Below, in pieces: positions 62,671 through 64,000 of a stretch of DNA of 64,000 nucleotides. How positions within the stretch are numbered: the first letter of the stretch is position 1; the number at the start of each line of letters is the position of its first letter. This stretch comes from Stegostoma tigrinum (taxonomy: Eukaryota): the NCBI RefSeq assembly GCF_030684315.1, contig NC_081373.1, positions 28,869,989-28,933,988 of the forward strand, read 5' to 3'. Position numbers and translations under genes: made by a program. Under the pieces are notes generated by a model. The model was not told the DNA's origin. It saw only the letters and a list, made by a program, of their open reading frames with translations, and did not search any database.

Positions 62671-64000
62671 TCAGAGAGCTTGTGTGGTCGATGATGCTCT
62701 GAAAGGAAGAACAGTAGAGACAGTACAATGCACCTTCCTCAACCAGATGAAAGGATTTGTCTTGCTGGCAATATATGTACAGCACTGTTATCACTGCTAT
62801 GGGAGAACATTTATTTCCTCCACAAACCCTAAGTTATAACTACACACCAAACTGTCTCTCATCTCATGAGAATGTAACACTATTTTACAGGTACAGCATG
62901 CTTTTGGAAACTGTCTGAATTTCCTGCAAAGTGCTGGCCTGGTCATTTTTTTTTAACAACCTCCTGTTGAAAATGCTACCAAAGGCCTTTGGGTGAGTGA
63001 CTGTTAGTTTTAGTTGCAATTACATAAACTGCCACAAACACGACAAGTTTTGTGATGCCTGTTGCATACAGAGCCCCCTGAAGGCCTCCAGCTGACTGAG
63101 CACTTTTAATGTAACAGTTTTGGCCCATGCTGCTGTCAATAAAACAAAGGGTTTTTCTGCTGCTATGACCCAGGTCAGTTTTCTGGGCCCTCCGTCAATT
63201 CCATTTTCTATAATTACACACACAAAGGTTACCAAGATCCACAGCTAATTTGCAGCCTATTTAGCAGAATTTAATAGCAGGTATTACTGCTGCTGTGGTA
63301 ATTAAGGGTCTTTGTCAATAAGACGGAATAGATGGCCACACTTTGTTGCAATCAGTGGACTCTTGAGAGCCTAAAGGAGTGAAAAGCAATGAGAGTAGTA
63401 ATCCATTTTGTGAACAGCAAGCTTTACCATCCACCCGCTCCCTTATGAAAACTACCAATAGAATAATAATTCCCCAGGCAGGGAAAGTAGACAAAGGTAC
63501 TCAGCCTCCAGCTTGTGATTTTTATACTTTTTTATTTACTCTTCTGTGATTTTTTTCATGCTTCAGGCTATATTTGATGAAGTGTTGTTTAAACAATGCA
63601 GGAGAAAATGGCGAGTGAGACTGAGAGAGAAAGAAGTGAGTGGGTTTATTTGAAAGAAAACGAGTTTTTAACCAGGTGGATACGCATTAGCTTTTGTAAA
63701 GATCTGAGTATGTTTTATTAATGATATCTTTCGGATCCAAAAAATTACAAAAACAAGTGGCTGAATGAGAAGATGGAGAGTCATTTAGTGCTGTCTCTGT
63801 GCAGAGTTATTAAACTGCAAATGGGTTGCAAACAACAAGCAAGAAGTGAACTTCATGCAATGTTGTAAACCTTATTTCTGATCACTAATGTACTACTGAA
63901 TGGTCTTGGATAAGAGAAAGGAGAGGCTTGTATGACAATACAAAGAGTGCTTTAAGGTGTGCACTCTCTGTGGTAATTGGCGAAGAAGCTGTATTTCACT

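Overview
Eukaryotic, AT-rich, repeat-dense DNA, almost certainly from a cartilaginous fish. It carries HE1-type SINEs, HER1/CR1 LINEs and a Deu-domain SINE, and is probably a carpet shark (inference). I could not identify any host protein-coding gene, so the window looks like a gene desert or a very large intron, with several TE-free blocks resembling conserved non-coding elements. Every recognisable ORF is transposon-derived: CR1/L2 LINE ORF2 fragments, Penelope-like elements (PLEs) of Neptune-like and Poseidon-like type (RT plus GIY-YIG) and decayed Harbinger-like Myb remnants. There are also 18S and 5S rRNA pseudogene fragments. The most striking pattern is a graded series of PLE insertions from about five families, 130 bp to 2.7 kb long. 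They carry minimal hammerhead ribozymes, and many are TSD-flanked palindromes with two outward-facing 3' ends. One end carries a 34-41 nt tail, the other stops at a fixed internal site, and the two sites share a short repeated motif. All family assignments come from motif recognition by eye, not from database searches.
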